From the sequence record SRR20825010_1536: 41,585 nucleotides of DNA; one strand, written 5' to 3'. Positions 41,500 through 41,585 of this stretch are shown here, piece after piece. The notes beneath the pieces were generated by a model. It did no database searches. It saw only the letters and a list, made by a program, of their open reading frames with translations, and was not told the DNA's origin. Each line of letters starts with the position of its first letter. Position 1 is the first letter of the stretch. Position numbers and translations under genes: made by a program.

Positions 41500-41530
41500 T
41501 TTGTATATCCTAAAATTGAATTTATATTTG
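41500..41530 (+). promoter_or_regulatory. Consensus Bacteroidota -33/-7 promoter for tRNA-Phe
   Basis: TTTG (41500-41503), 19-nt spacer, TATATTTG (41523-41530). Confidence 0.8.
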
Positions 41531-41548
41531 CACCCGCTTACAGCATTT

Positions 41549-41585
41549 GGTGCCTTAGCTCAGTTGGTAGAGCAATGGACTGAAA
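41549..41585 (+). tRNA. tRNA-Phe(GAA), 5' half, truncated by the window end
   Basis: GGTGCCT acceptor strand, D-arm TAGCTCAGTTGGTAGAGC, anticodon arm ATGGA-CTGAAA. Confidence 0.9.

Noticed and set aside
41549-41585. tRNA-Phe as an island integration site
   Set aside because: Its 3' end is outside the window, and no integrase or att duplicate is visible.

Overview
AT-rich, gene-dense core-chromosome segment of a Bacteroidota bacterium. Gene order and TAnnTTTG promoters indicate Flavobacteriaceae; a marine Arenibacter/Maribacter-like organism is a guess. Order: 3' end of a conserved hypothetical gene, secG, groES-groEL; a reverse-strand Cys-rich trio (HYC_CC_PP-type protein, TonB-dependent receptor, exported HMA protein); a GAF/fRMsr gene, purH, mreBCD-mrdA-rodA; a non-specific endonuclease; a redox cluster (msrB, msrA, small GNAT, selO/ydiU, 83-aa PCEMP protein); a C-terminal protease divergent from surE-hyp-lpxB-NlpC/P60-comEC; DPP-IV with two tandem POT transporters; class II HMG-CoA reductase with a GYDIA kinase; an envelope operon (coaX, OM barrel, TPR protein, lptC-like, small membrane protein, CorC/HlyC, PpiD-like); and the 5' half of tRNA-Phe(GAA). 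I saw no mobile elements, prophage genes, CRISPR arrays or long repeats. Best leads: the Msr/SelO/GNAT/PCEMP cluster, the vicinal-CC metal-handling trio, sigma54-type promoters with TGTCAG boxes at groES and the protease gene, and uncharacterised members of the envelope operon. All calls come from reading motifs; no searches were run.
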